Position numbers and translations under genes: made by a program
Part shown: piece after piece, positions 45,598-54,066 of the stretch
How the letters are laid out: each line of letters starts with the position of its first letter
Position numbering within the stretch: position 1 is the stretch's first letter
Assembly: GCA_012522335.1 (NCBI GenBank)
Contig: JAAYKP010000043.1
Coordinates: forward strand, 1,151 to 65,150
DNA length: 64,000 nt
Reading direction: 5' to 3'
DNA from: Bacillota bacterium
Lineage (GTDB): Bacteria > Bacillota > Dethiobacteria > Dethiobacterales > Dethiobacteraceae
Notes under the pieces: model-generated
Told to the model about the DNA's origin: nothing
The model's database searches: none
The model's input: only the letters and a program-made list of their open reading frames with translations

Positions 45598-46027
45598 TGA
45601 CTCCCTGCGCTACTCTGATTACATCTGCCAAGGGATACGAGCGGCCATTAACAACAAGCCAGGGCTGACTGCCCACAAATTCTACCGCTGTCACCGTCCC
45701 GGTCACCACCTCGCCCTCAGCCTCAGCCACCGTTACCTCTAAACCAAGATAAGCAGGGGCAGTATTCTGCATGCCGGCCTGCAGAGCCAGCAGCTGCTGC
45801 ATGGTATTGTTTAAGTTATACATCTGTTCCAAAGCGGAAAACTGGGCCAACTGGGCCACAAAGGCGCTGCTGTCCTGCGGGTTTAAAGGGTTTTGGTAGC
45901 GCAGCTGCGCAACCAGCAGCTGTAAAAAGGCATCCTTACCTAATTCCTGCACAGCGTCTTTACCGGCCGCTGTTGTCGTGCCGGGGGCTGCAGCTGCACC
46001 TGTGGTCGTAATTCTTGTGATCATCAT
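45581..46027 (-). CDS. flgD: flagellar hook capping/assembly protein FlgD
   Basis: 148 aa. LGKDAFLQLLVAQLRYQNPLNPQD signature. Confidence 0.87.
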   Translation of the reverse strand: MMITRITTTGAAAAPGTTTAAGKDAVQELGKDAFLQLLVAQLRYQNPLNPQDSSAFVAQLAQFSALEQMYNLNNTMQQLLALQAGMQNTAPAYLGLEVTVAEAEGEVVTGTVTAVEFVGSQPWLVVNGRSYPLADVIRVAQGVSDDES

Positions 46028-46045
46028 TTCACCTCCGCCTCTCTC

Positions 46046-47326
46046 TTAAGCTCTTAAGTCTAAACCTGGCCGGCCGACAGCTGTCGTGGGCAGCAGTATG
46101 TGCGGGGTTAAGCCGTCGGTTTTATCCGGCGGGGCCATAAACTGCTGCTGCCGTGGGGAGTGCTGTCCTGTCTGCTGTTCTGCCTGACTTTCTCCCTGTC
46201 CCACATGCACACTAAAATCAGCGATGGTAATTTGCTGCGTCTGCAGACGCTCCCGCAGCTGTTCCAGCGAAGCATCCAGGAGCTGTTTGACCAGCAGATT
46301 ATCAGTAATGACCTGCGCCGTCAGCTGACCTGACTGCAGCCGCAAACGGATTTCTACCCGACCCAAAGTCTCCGGTTTTAAGCGCACATACAATTTTTTT
46401 TCTCCCGTGGGAAGCTCTGAGGCAATAATACTTTGTGCCAGCTGTTTCACCACTGACACCGACAGCGGCACACTTTCCCTCTTATCCTTGGCTGCTGCCG
46501 TTACGGCGTAATCTACACTCCAATCAGGCACGGCCGTAAGTATTTCCTCTGCCCTGCCGGCAGGCTGCAGGCTTACCCTGCTGCGCTCCGTTTCTGCTGC
46601 GGTCCGCTCCCTTACTGCTGTCGGCCGTTCCCTCCCGGCGGCCTGGTAGGGGCGGTCAGCAGCCTCTGCCTGCTCAGCTGCCGTCCGGCTGTCTGTTTGC
46701 ATCTCCCCGCCAAACTGTGGTTCCGGCTCGGCTGCTGCCTCGGGGCAGTCGGCTCCTGCTGCCGGCCCTAGAGCTTCCGCGGCAGGAAGTTTACTTCCCG
46801 GCACGGCTGTAGTTACTTTTGCAGCCCCTGCAGCAGGCATTGTTTCCTCACTTTGAGCCGCTGCTGCTGTTAAGTGCTGTGCGGCTTCTGCTTTAAAGTC
46901 GGCAGCCGTCCGCAGCGAATTTTCTTCTCCGGTCAGACTGTCTGGCGCCTGTTCAGTCCCGGCAGCAGCTGCACTAAGGGACTCATGTGGTACATTTAGC
47001 AGCAGCGCCGCTTCGCTCTGCCGCAGCTCTGCAGTTAAGCTGCCCTCAGCAGCAGTACTGAACAGCTCAGCCGCTGCCATACTGTCCGGACCTGGGAAAG
47101 CTTGTACTGCCGCCACAGCAGCAGCCGGAGCCGCCTCCTGCCCTGCCGCGCCGTTTGCTGCCGGCAGCGGTCTGCCCCCAACTAATGTCTGCTGAGCGGG
47201 CAGGCCTGAACCCAGCATGGCTAAACAGAGCTGCCAAAAATCTGCTTCCTCCTGCTCTGCTTTTTTTGCTCCCGGCACTGTTGTCCCGCCGGCACAAACT
47301 GACGGCAGCACCATCTGTACATTCAT
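46046..47326 (-). CDS. fliK: flagellar hook-length control protein FliK
   Basis: 426 aa from ATG 47326 (AAGGAGGTGA upstream). Ala-rich disordered N-region and a C-terminal Flg_hook domain (LRLKPETLGRVEIRLRLQSGQLTAQV). Confidence 0.8.
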   Translation of the reverse strand: MNVQMVLPSVCAGGTTVPGAKKAEQEEADFWQLCLAMLGSGLPAQQTLVGGRPLPAANGAAGQEAAPAAAVAAVQAFPGPDSMAAAELFSTAAEGSLTAELRQSEAALLLNVPHESLSAAAAGTEQAPDSLTGEENSLRTAADFKAEAAQHLTAAAAQSEETMPAAGAAKVTTAVPGSKLPAAEALGPAAGADCPEAAAEPEPQFGGEMQTDSRTAAEQAEAADRPYQAAGRERPTAVRERTAAETERSRVSLQPAGRAEEILTAVPDWSVDYAVTAAAKDKRESVPLSVSVVKQLAQSIIASELPTGEKKLYVRLKPETLGRVEIRLRLQSGQLTAQVITDNLLVKQLLDASLEQLRERLQTQQITIADFSVHVGQGESQAEQQTGQHSPRQQQFMAPPDKTDGLTPHILLPTTAVGRPGLDLRA

Positions 47327-47369
47327 CTGCTCACCTCCTTTCAGGGAGTAGTAAATTCTTGCGGAAAGT

Positions 47370-47813
47370 TTACTCAGCAGCCTGGCGGAGAAAGACATTT
47401 CTTGCTATTTCATCTGTCTGACGCTGTTCCGCCTGTGCCTGCCGGTACTGATAACGGGCATAATCTTTCTCCCGCAGTTTATCCATTACCTTACGTTCCT
47501 GCATCGCCTTTTCCGTCTCCGCAATCTGCTGCTGCAGCCGCTCTTCCTGTTTCATCAATTCAGCTTCACAGGCCTGCAAACGTTCTGCCAGCAGTGCCAG
47601 ATACTCACTGGCCTGCAGCGCTTCAGAAAGCCGCAGCTGCTGTGACTGACGCCTGGAATAGTCAGCCTGGCCTGCCAAAAAGGCATTTTCTGCTTCCCGG
47701 TAAGCCTGGCGTGCTGTCTCAGCCTCCCGCTGTACCTGCGCCAGGCGGGCTTGTGCTTCCTCTTCCTTCAGCTGTCGATAAGCTAACACTTTTTGCAAGG
47801 GGAAACGATACAT
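47370..47813 (-). CDS. fliJ: flagellar export chaperone-escort protein FliJ
   Basis: 147 aa, coiled coil. MYRFPLQKVLAYRQLKEEEAQ start. Position after fliI. Confidence 0.82.
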   Translation of the reverse strand: MYRFPLQKVLAYRQLKEEEAQARLAQVQREAETARQAYREAENAFLAGQADYSRRQSQQLRLSEALQASEYLALLAERLQACEAELMKQEERLQQQIAETEKAMQERKVMDKLREKDYARYQYRQAQAEQRQTDEIARNVFLRQAAE

Positions 47814-49139
47814 TTATCCTGTCTTCCTTCCCAAAGTTTGCTTTAATTTGCCCAGGGCCTCGCTGAACGAGTCCACTTCTTTAATATCCTGCCTTAAGAG
47901 AGCCTGCATTCCGTCGATATAGCGGCGCGCCTCATCGAGGCGAGGATTGCTTCCCTCCACATAGGCACCGATATTGATTAAATCTTCTGCTTCAGTGTAA
48001 GCAGCTAAATAGTCGCGAAAAACCGATGCCAGCTGCTGATGCTCTTCATCCACCAGGTCTGTCATCAGCCGGCTGATACTCTGCAGAATATCGATGGCAG
48101 GGAAGTGGTTTTTGGCCGCTAAATCCCGGGATAAAACTATATGGCCGTCCAGAATGCTGCGCACCGCATCAGCAATGGGTTCATTAAAATCATCGCCGTC
48201 AACCAGGACTGTATAGAGACCTGTAATGGACCCCTGCGCCGCCGTCCCCGCCCGTTCCAATAAGCGGGGCAGCATGGTAAACACGGAAGGGGTGTAACCT
48301 TTTGTCGTCGGCGGCTCACCAATGGCCAGACCCACTTCCCGCTGCGCCATGGCCAGACGTGTCACCGAATCCATCATTAACATTACTTTTTTTCCCTGAT
48401 CGCGGAAATACTCAGCGATGGCGGTAGCAACCATGGCTCCTTTGATGCGCACCAGGGGAGGGCGGTCAGAAGTAGCTGCCACCACCACGGAACGGGCCAA
48501 GCCTTCCGGTCCCAAATCTTTTTCAATAAAATCTAAAACTTCCCGGCCGCGTTCACCTACCAGGGCAATGACATTCACATCAGCCGCACTATGGCGGGCA
48601 ATCATGCCCAGTAAGGTAGACTTGCCCACACCGCTGCCGGCAAAAATACCGATCCGCTGTCCCTGTCCGCAGGTGAGAAACAAATCTATGGCCCGCACGC
48701 CGGTTGGCAGCTGTTCCTCAATCCGCCGCCGCTGCAGGGGCTGGGGCGGGTCATTATCCACCGGATAGCTGGTGCCGCCATTGATAAACCCATTACCCTG
48801 CAGCGGCCGGCCTAAACCGTCAACAACCTGCCCTAATAAAGCCGGACTGACATTTACAGTAAAGGCCTGACCGGTGGAGATCACTTCACAGCCGGGACGG
48901 ATACCCTGTACATTGCCCAGCGGCATCAATAAAACCGAGCCATCTCTGAACCCTACCACTTCCGTCAGCACCGGTTCAGCAGCAGGGGCAAGGTAAAGAA
49001 GGCAGACTTCGCCAATAAAAGCCTCTATCCCCTGCACTTCAATGGTTAGTCCGACAACTTCAGTAACCCGGCCTGCTTTTCTGACTGCGGAAAACTTATC
49101 TAAAGCCTGCTGATAAGCAGCTAAATTTAAATCAGACAT
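47814..49139 (-). CDS. fliI: flagellum-specific ATPase FliI
   Basis: 441 aa. Walker A GSGVGKST and Walker B VMLMMDSVTR. Confidence 0.95.
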   Translation of the reverse strand: MSDLNLAAYQQALDKFSAVRKAGRVTEVVGLTIEVQGIEAFIGEVCLLYLAPAAEPVLTEVVGFRDGSVLLMPLGNVQGIRPGCEVISTGQAFTVNVSPALLGQVVDGLGRPLQGNGFINGGTSYPVDNDPPQPLQRRRIEEQLPTGVRAIDLFLTCGQGQRIGIFAGSGVGKSTLLGMIARHSAADVNVIALVGERGREVLDFIEKDLGPEGLARSVVVAATSDRPPLVRIKGAMVATAIAEYFRDQGKKVMLMMDSVTRLAMAQREVGLAIGEPPTTKGYTPSVFTMLPRLLERAGTAAQGSITGLYTVLVDGDDFNEPIADAVRSILDGHIVLSRDLAAKNHFPAIDILQSISRLMTDLVDEEHQQLASVFRDYLAAYTEAEDLINIGAYVEGSNPRLDEARRYIDGMQALLRQDIKEVDSFSEALGKLKQTLGRKTG

Positions 49140-49911
49140 CCGGCATCACTTCGGCCAAAAGCTGCCGCAAGGCTGCAAAACGCTCATCTAAGCGGCAGCT
49201 TAACACTGTACTGCTGCTTTCCAGGCAGCAGTCACCCCGCTGCAGCGTACTGTCTGCTAACAGATGTAACCTGCTCTGCTCGCCCACCTCTGCCTGCCAC
49301 TGCGGCAGCAGTTCCCGGCTGCCGGCGGCATCTTCCGGATGCAGGCGGATCACAATTTCGCCGCTTTCCTTGATCTGCTGCAGATTTTCCTGCACCAACT
49401 GCTGCAGGATCTGCGGATTTTCCAAGCGCTGGGCACGGACAAACTTTTCTGCTATCTCCACTGCCAGTTTAACTACCTGCGGCTCTACATTATCCAGCAT
49501 TTGCTGCCGCAGCTGCCGCGCTTCCGCCAGCATCTCCTCCGCTGCCTGCCGCAGCTGCCGGCTTTCCTGCTCTCCCGCCTGCAGCCCTTCCCGGTAGCCG
49601 CGCTGGAAGCCGGCTTCCTGAGCCTCCTGCCGCAGCGTTGCAGCCTCTGCCTGTCCTTGTGCCAGCAGGGCCTCTTTCTTTGCTGCTGCAGCCGCTAAAA
49701 TTTGTTCACACTGCTGCCGTGCCAGTAACAGTTCTGCCTGCGCCTGCTGCCGTATTTTTTCTGCCTCTTCTGCGTTCGTCATCAGTTCCTGACTTGTCTT
49801 GCCGGCAGTTTTTTGTTCTTTAACAGGCTGCAGTAAAGGCAGCTGCAGGCAGCCGATCTTATCAATACAAGGGGCCTTCAGGATTTTAGATAATGATGGC
49901 ATCTTCACCAC
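49132..49911 (-). CDS. fliH: flagellar assembly protein FliH
   Basis: 259 aa. Q/A/E-rich coiled coil and a C-terminal FliH domain. Overlaps fliG and fliI. Confidence 0.8.
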   Translation of the reverse strand: MVKMPSLSKILKAPCIDKIGCLQLPLLQPVKEQKTAGKTSQELMTNAEEAEKIRQQAQAELLLARQQCEQILAAAAAKKEALLAQGQAEAATLRQEAQEAGFQRGYREGLQAGEQESRQLRQAAEEMLAEARQLRQQMLDNVEPQVVKLAVEIAEKFVRAQRLENPQILQQLVQENLQQIKESGEIVIRLHPEDAAGSRELLPQWQAEVGEQSRLHLLADSTLQRGDCCLESSSTVLSCRLDERFAALRQLLAEVMPDV

Positions 49912-50893
49912 CCCGCGAAATAATAATTTCCCCTGCTTCGTCTAATCTGCGGACAATACTGACAATGCGCTGCTGTGCCTCCTCCACATCCCGCAGGCGG
50001 ACAGGACCCATAAATTCGATATCCTCCTGCAGCATTTCGGCAGCACGTTTAGAAATATTGCGGAAAATCCGCTCCCGTACTTCATCGCTGGAACCTTTAA
50101 GGGCCATGGCCAGATCTTTTTGATCTACTTCGCGAATGATGCGCTGAATCGAAGCATTATCCAAACCAATTACATCCTCAAAGATAAAGAGACGCTTGCG
50201 AATTTCATCCACCAGCTTGGGATGTTCCAGTTCCAATTCCTCCAAAATCAGCTTCTCTGTACCACGGTCAACATTATTCAGAATGTCAACCAAGGTACCA
50301 ATGCCGCCGGCCACAGCATAATCCTGCTGTGCCACCGAAGATAAGCGTGCTTCTAAGACCCGCTCCACTTCCCGCAGGACTTCCGGTGAAGTTCTTTCCA
50401 TGGTGGCAATACGCTGGGCAATACCTGCCTGCTGCTCTTCCGGCAAATCAGATAAAATTTGTGAAGCCTGCTGGGGATCCAGATAGGATAAAATCAGAGC
50501 AATCGTTTGGGGATGTTCGTGGGCAATAATATTGGATAACTGTTTCGGGTCCGTTTTACGGGCAAACATAAAGGGTTTAATTTGTGAGGCTTCTCTTAAT
50601 TTTTTAATTATTTCGTGAGCTTTTTGGGTGCCTAAAGTTTCTTCCAGCAGTTTTTTCGCGTACTCCAAACCGCCGTCAAGTACATATTTCTGAGCCTGAT
50701 TCACGAGCATAAATTCTTCCAGGACTTCTTCCATCTCTGAGATTTCAACCTTGGTCGTATTGGCAATTTCCAAAGAAATACGTTCAATGTCGCTCTCACT
50801 GAAATGTCTCAGGATTTTTGCCGACAGGCTCGGCCCCAAAGCCATGAGCAGGATAGCTGCTTTCTTCAGACCGGTTAACTTGCTGCGCACCAT
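49886..50893 (-). CDS. fliG: flagellar motor switch protein FliG
   Basis: 335 aa. KKAAILLMALGP.., the EHPQTIALILSYL motif, and C-terminal torque-helix region (MLQEDIEFMGPVRLRDVEEAQ). Confidence 0.93.
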   Translation of the reverse strand: MVRSKLTGLKKAAILLMALGPSLSAKILRHFSESDIERISLEIANTTKVEISEMEEVLEEFMLVNQAQKYVLDGGLEYAKKLLEETLGTQKAHEIIKKLREASQIKPFMFARKTDPKQLSNIIAHEHPQTIALILSYLDPQQASQILSDLPEEQQAGIAQRIATMERTSPEVLREVERVLEARLSSVAQQDYAVAGGIGTLVDILNNVDRGTEKLILEELELEHPKLVDEIRKRLFIFEDVIGLDNASIQRIIREVDQKDLAMALKGSSDEVRERIFRNISKRAAEMLQEDIEFMGPVRLRDVEEAQQRIVSIVRRLDEAGEIIISRGGEDAIII

Positions 50894-50902
50894 GTCCGCC
50901 TC

Positions 50903-52465
50903 CTATTCTTCCGCTAACCAGGCGCGAATCAAGAAAGCTGCCATTTCCGGCTCTTTCTCTGCCAATTTGCGCACTTGCTGATTTCTACTGTCATCCTCAC
51001 CGGCTTTGCTCTGCTCGGCGGAAATTAAAGCTGCTGCCCGCTGTTCAGGCAGTGTCGGTAACGAAGGCACTTCTGTCTCCGCTGCCCCTGCCCGCCTCCT
51101 GCTCCACAGGCGCAATACCAACAGTAAAAGAAGTAAGCCTCCTAAAACTACGGTCCCGTAGACTGCATAACGCTGCCAGCTGCGCCAGGCGTCCTCCGGT
51201 TCAGGCAGTATTTCCTCGCCGGCAGCACCACTAAAGTTCATCCCCTGTACGTCAATGGTATCACCACGATCCTGCTGATAGCCGACAGCGGCGGCCACTG
51301 TGCTTCTAATCTGCGCCACCTGCTGCGGTGTTACTTCCCCGTTCTTATTGTTTACCACCACCGCTGTATGCAGTTTTAGTAAACGACCGGGAGCAAAGAT
51401 CTGTTTATTAGTCGTTTCGCTGACTTCATAATTGACAGTTTCCTCAATTTTTTCATAGGCGCCGCCTTCACTGTCTTCCGGCAGCACGTACCCGGGAATA
51501 TTGCTGTCTGTACCTGCCTCTCCGACAATGCTGCCCTCGCTGCCGACCCAGGTTTCCCGCTTAACGGTACGGCTGCGCGGCACACCGTCATCGGCATAGG
51601 TGATCACCGTTGTTTCCTGGGAGTTAAAATCAAGCTCCGCCGTCATCATGGCAATGGCTTGTCCCGGACCTAAAACCCGATCCAGCAGCCTCTGCACCCG
51701 CTGCTCCAGCTCCTGTTCAAAGGCACGCCGCACTTTAAACTGCCTGAAAGCTGCATCTGCCGGCAGCGCAGGCTGCTCTGCAGTATAAAGATCACTTAAC
51801 AGATTGCCCTGTGTATCGACCACCGTAATCTGCTCCGGGGTTAAATTTTCCACACTGGCCGCCACCAAATGCATAATACCGCGCACCTGAGCTTGCTCCA
51901 GCTGTGAAAAAGGATTCAGTTTCAGCACGATCGAGGCAGAAGGGGCTGCAGTCTCTGTAACAAAGACGCTGGGTTCGGGCAGTGTCAGATGTACTCTGGC
52001 CTGCTCCACTTCTTCCAGCTGGACAATTGTCCTGCGCAGTTCTTCCTGAAGGGCGCGCTGATAATCTAAACGTCGTTCAAACTCCGTGGCTCCCAGTTTT
52101 GTTTTATCAAACAGCTCGAAGCCGGCGCTGCCCCCCATGAGCGCTCCATCGCTTGCTAACTGAATCCTTAAATCGTAAACCTCATCATCCTTGACGAGGA
52201 TCGTTTGACCTTCCTGGTCTAACTCGTAATCAACTCCTAACTCCTGCAGTTTTGCGGCAATTCTGCCGGCATCTGCTGCCTCCAGGCCTGTGAACAAGGG
52301 CGACATCGGCGGTCGCAACAGAACCCGTGCGACAAAAAAGACTGTAGTTAAAATTGCTGCGCCTAGTACTATGCTTGCTGCTTTTTTTGCCTTACTTAAC
52401 TGCTGCCACTTTCCCTTTACCCCTTCCCAGGTAACAGGAAAGCGCCTCGGCTCCGACAATCTCAA
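50903..52465 (-). CDS. fliF: flagellar MS-ring protein FliF
   Basis: 520 aa. TTG start 6 nt after GGGGTGA. Two TM segments flank the YscJ/FliF ring domains. Confidence 0.92.
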   Translation of the reverse strand: MRLSEPRRFPVTWEGVKGKWQQLSKAKKAASIVLGAAILTTVFFVARVLLRPPMSPLFTGLEAADAGRIAAKLQELGVDYELDQEGQTILVKDDEVYDLRIQLASDGALMGGSAGFELFDKTKLGATEFERRLDYQRALQEELRRTIVQLEEVEQARVHLTLPEPSVFVTETAAPSASIVLKLNPFSQLEQAQVRGIMHLVAASVENLTPEQITVVDTQGNLLSDLYTAEQPALPADAAFRQFKVRRAFEQELEQRVQRLLDRVLGPGQAIAMMTAELDFNSQETTVITYADDGVPRSRTVKRETWVGSEGSIVGEAGTDSNIPGYVLPEDSEGGAYEKIEETVNYEVSETTNKQIFAPGRLLKLHTAVVVNNKNGEVTPQQVAQIRSTVAAAVGYQQDRGDTIDVQGMNFSGAAGEEILPEPEDAWRSWQRYAVYGTVVLGGLLLLLLVLRLWSRRRAGAAETEVPSLPTLPEQRAAALISAEQSKAGEDDSRNQQVRKLAEKEPEMAAFLIRAWLAEE

Positions 52466-52488
52466 TCACCCCACTTCTGCTCAGCAGA

Positions 52489-52797
52489 TCAAATCTGCAT
52501 GCGCGAAATCTCCTGGTAAGCATCCACAATTTTGTTGCGTACCTGGACCGTTAATTCCATGGCCAGTCTGGCCTGTTCGATGGCAATCATGACCTGGTGT
52601 ACATCTTCAACTTCTCCCGCAGCCAGACTGACAGCCGCCTCTTCCGCCGCCACCTGCAGCCGGTTAACTTTTGCCAGGGCCTGCTGCAGCAGGTCACAAA
52701 ACCGGCTGTCCGCTGCTGTGCCGTCGGCAGCGTCTGTTTGCTGCTGCCGCTGAACGGGAAGAAAGGGATTAATTGCTTCAATTTGCATTTGGCTCAC
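52489..52797 (-). CDS. fliE: flagellar hook-basal body complex protein FliE
   Basis: 102 aa. C-terminal VMIAIEQARLAMELTVQVRNKIVDAYQEI motif. Confidence 0.88.
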   Translation of the reverse strand: MSQMQIEAINPFLPVQRQQQTDAADGTAADSRFCDLLQQALAKVNRLQVAAEEAAVSLAAGEVEDVHQVMIAIEQARLAMELTVQVRNKIVDAYQEISRMQI

Positions 52798-53208
52798 CTA
52801 CCCCCTGCCAATTTCCAGAGCTTTCAAAAACATGCCTTTACCGGCATTAAGCACCGTTACATTTGCCTCATAGGCCCGCGCTGCCGTGATCAGATCTACC
52901 ATTTCCTGCAGCACATTAACATTTGGATAGGCTACATAACCTTCGGCATTGGCATCCGGATGCTGAGGATCAAATTCCAGGCGCGGCGCAGTATCGTCTT
53001 CCCGGATCGCGCTGACGCGCACACCCTGCCCGGGCCGGCCGGCTGACGCCAGCACAGCAGCAAAAACGGCTGCTTTGCGGCGGTAAGGTCCGCCGTCTGC
53101 GGTACGGGTTGTTTGAGCATTGGCAATATTGCCGGCAATTAGATCCAGACGCAGACGCTCTGCCGTCAGACCGGAGGCTGCCGTTTCAATGGCCTGAAAT
53201 AATTTCAT
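52798..53208 (-). CDS. flgC: flagellar basal-body rod protein FlgC
   Basis: 136 aa. SGLTAERLRLDLIAGNIANAQTT and EMVDLITAARAYEANV motifs. Confidence 0.92.
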   Translation of the reverse strand: MKLFQAIETAASGLTAERLRLDLIAGNIANAQTTRTADGGPYRRKAAVFAAVLASAGRPGQGVRVSAIREDDTAPRLEFDPQHPDANAEGYVAYPNVNVLQEMVDLITAARAYEANVTVLNAGKGMFLKALEIGRG

Positions 53209-53212
53209 TACT

Positions 53213-53623
53213 TTATCGCCTTCCTTCCTGCAGTATATAACGCAGTAAGCTGTAGCGGCCGTTTAACACCTGCGTTAAGGCGTTATACCGCAGCTGATTA
53301 GTACTTAACTGCACCATCTCCCGGTCAATATCCACATTATTGCCGTCTGTACGCATCGCCGTGCTGTTATCGGTAATAACACGATGCTTAAGGTCTGCCG
53401 GCTCAGAGGTAAAGGGCAGATGGCGCGGATGTGTCCTGCGCAGCGACTGCGGAGACGGTGCCGCCAGGGCTGCTTTTAACTGCTCTTCAAATAAAACTTC
53501 CTGCCGCTTAAAGTGCGGTGTATTGATATTAGCCACATTATGGGCACTGACACGCTGTCTCGCCGCCGCGGCATCTAAAGCCAGCTGCAGCACAGCGCCG
53601 GTTTTATCATTGATCAGTTTCAT
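53213..53623 (-). CDS. flgB: flagellar basal-body rod protein FlgB
   Basis: 136 aa. AARQRVSAHNVANINTPHFKR and EMVQLSTNQLRYNA motifs. First gene of the operon. Confidence 0.92.
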   Translation of the reverse strand: MKLINDKTGAVLQLALDAAAARQRVSAHNVANINTPHFKRQEVLFEEQLKAALAAPSPQSLRRTHPRHLPFTSEPADLKHRVITDNSTAMRTDGNNVDIDREMVQLSTNQLRYNALTQVLNGRYSLLRYILQEGRR

Positions 53624-53734
53624 GTTTTCAACCCCCCTATCCGGCTGCTGAAAATAAAAAACCCTAGGAATACAACTTTTGCAGGACTCAGCAAAAAAAA
53701 GTGCCCTGGCGAACGAGTTGCACCCTAAGGAAAT

Positions 53735-53830
53735 AAAGCCGGCAACCCAGCCGCCCTACCTGCAGAGGCTTAGACCTGTGGTTTTGCGTCCCTGCCTTTC
53801 GACAGGTTTGCCCTTTACAGCCAGTGGATA
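53735..53830 (-). promoter_or_regulatory. cyclic-di-GMP-I (GEMM-I) riboswitch aptamer in the flgB leader
   Basis: Minus strand: AAAGGGCAAACCUGUCGAAAGGCAGGGACGCAAAACCACAGGUCUAAGCCUCUGCAGGUAGGGCGGCUGGGUUGCCGGC. This closely parallels the Vc2-type core (GGCAAACC..GAAA..GGGACGCAAA..CUAA..GGUAGG..GGGUU.CC). Confidence 0.85.
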
Positions 53831-54066
53831 AATATCCCCCGTCACCGGATCCTCTCTGCAGTTTAATTTTATCTGTCATTTTCCGCTTCAGGGAAATAAT
53901 ACCTACACCTAATTCATGCCTTAATTCTGCATAAAATCAAAAATTCCTTCAGCAAAATATTTTTTTTAATGAATTAGTAATCATTATTTGGCCCAATAAC
54001 CATTTTTAGCAGGAATGTTGTCTCTTTTTGTTAAAATACTAGCTGTGTAGAAGGGAGGGGAAAACC

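Noticed and set aside
53640-53735. A defined terminator stem for the c-di-GMP riboswitch expression platform.
   Set aside because: Only weak 4-6-bp pairings could be drawn by hand ahead of the U8 and U6 tracts. These are reported as U-tracts only, not as a terminator feature.
53688-53879. 63-aa minus-strand ORF upstream of flgB. The same reasoning applies to the 82-aa ORF at 7202-7450 upstream of metK.
   Set aside because: Both coincide with riboswitch aptamers (c-di-GMP-I and SAM-I), which fully explain the conservation-like structure. Neither has an SD.
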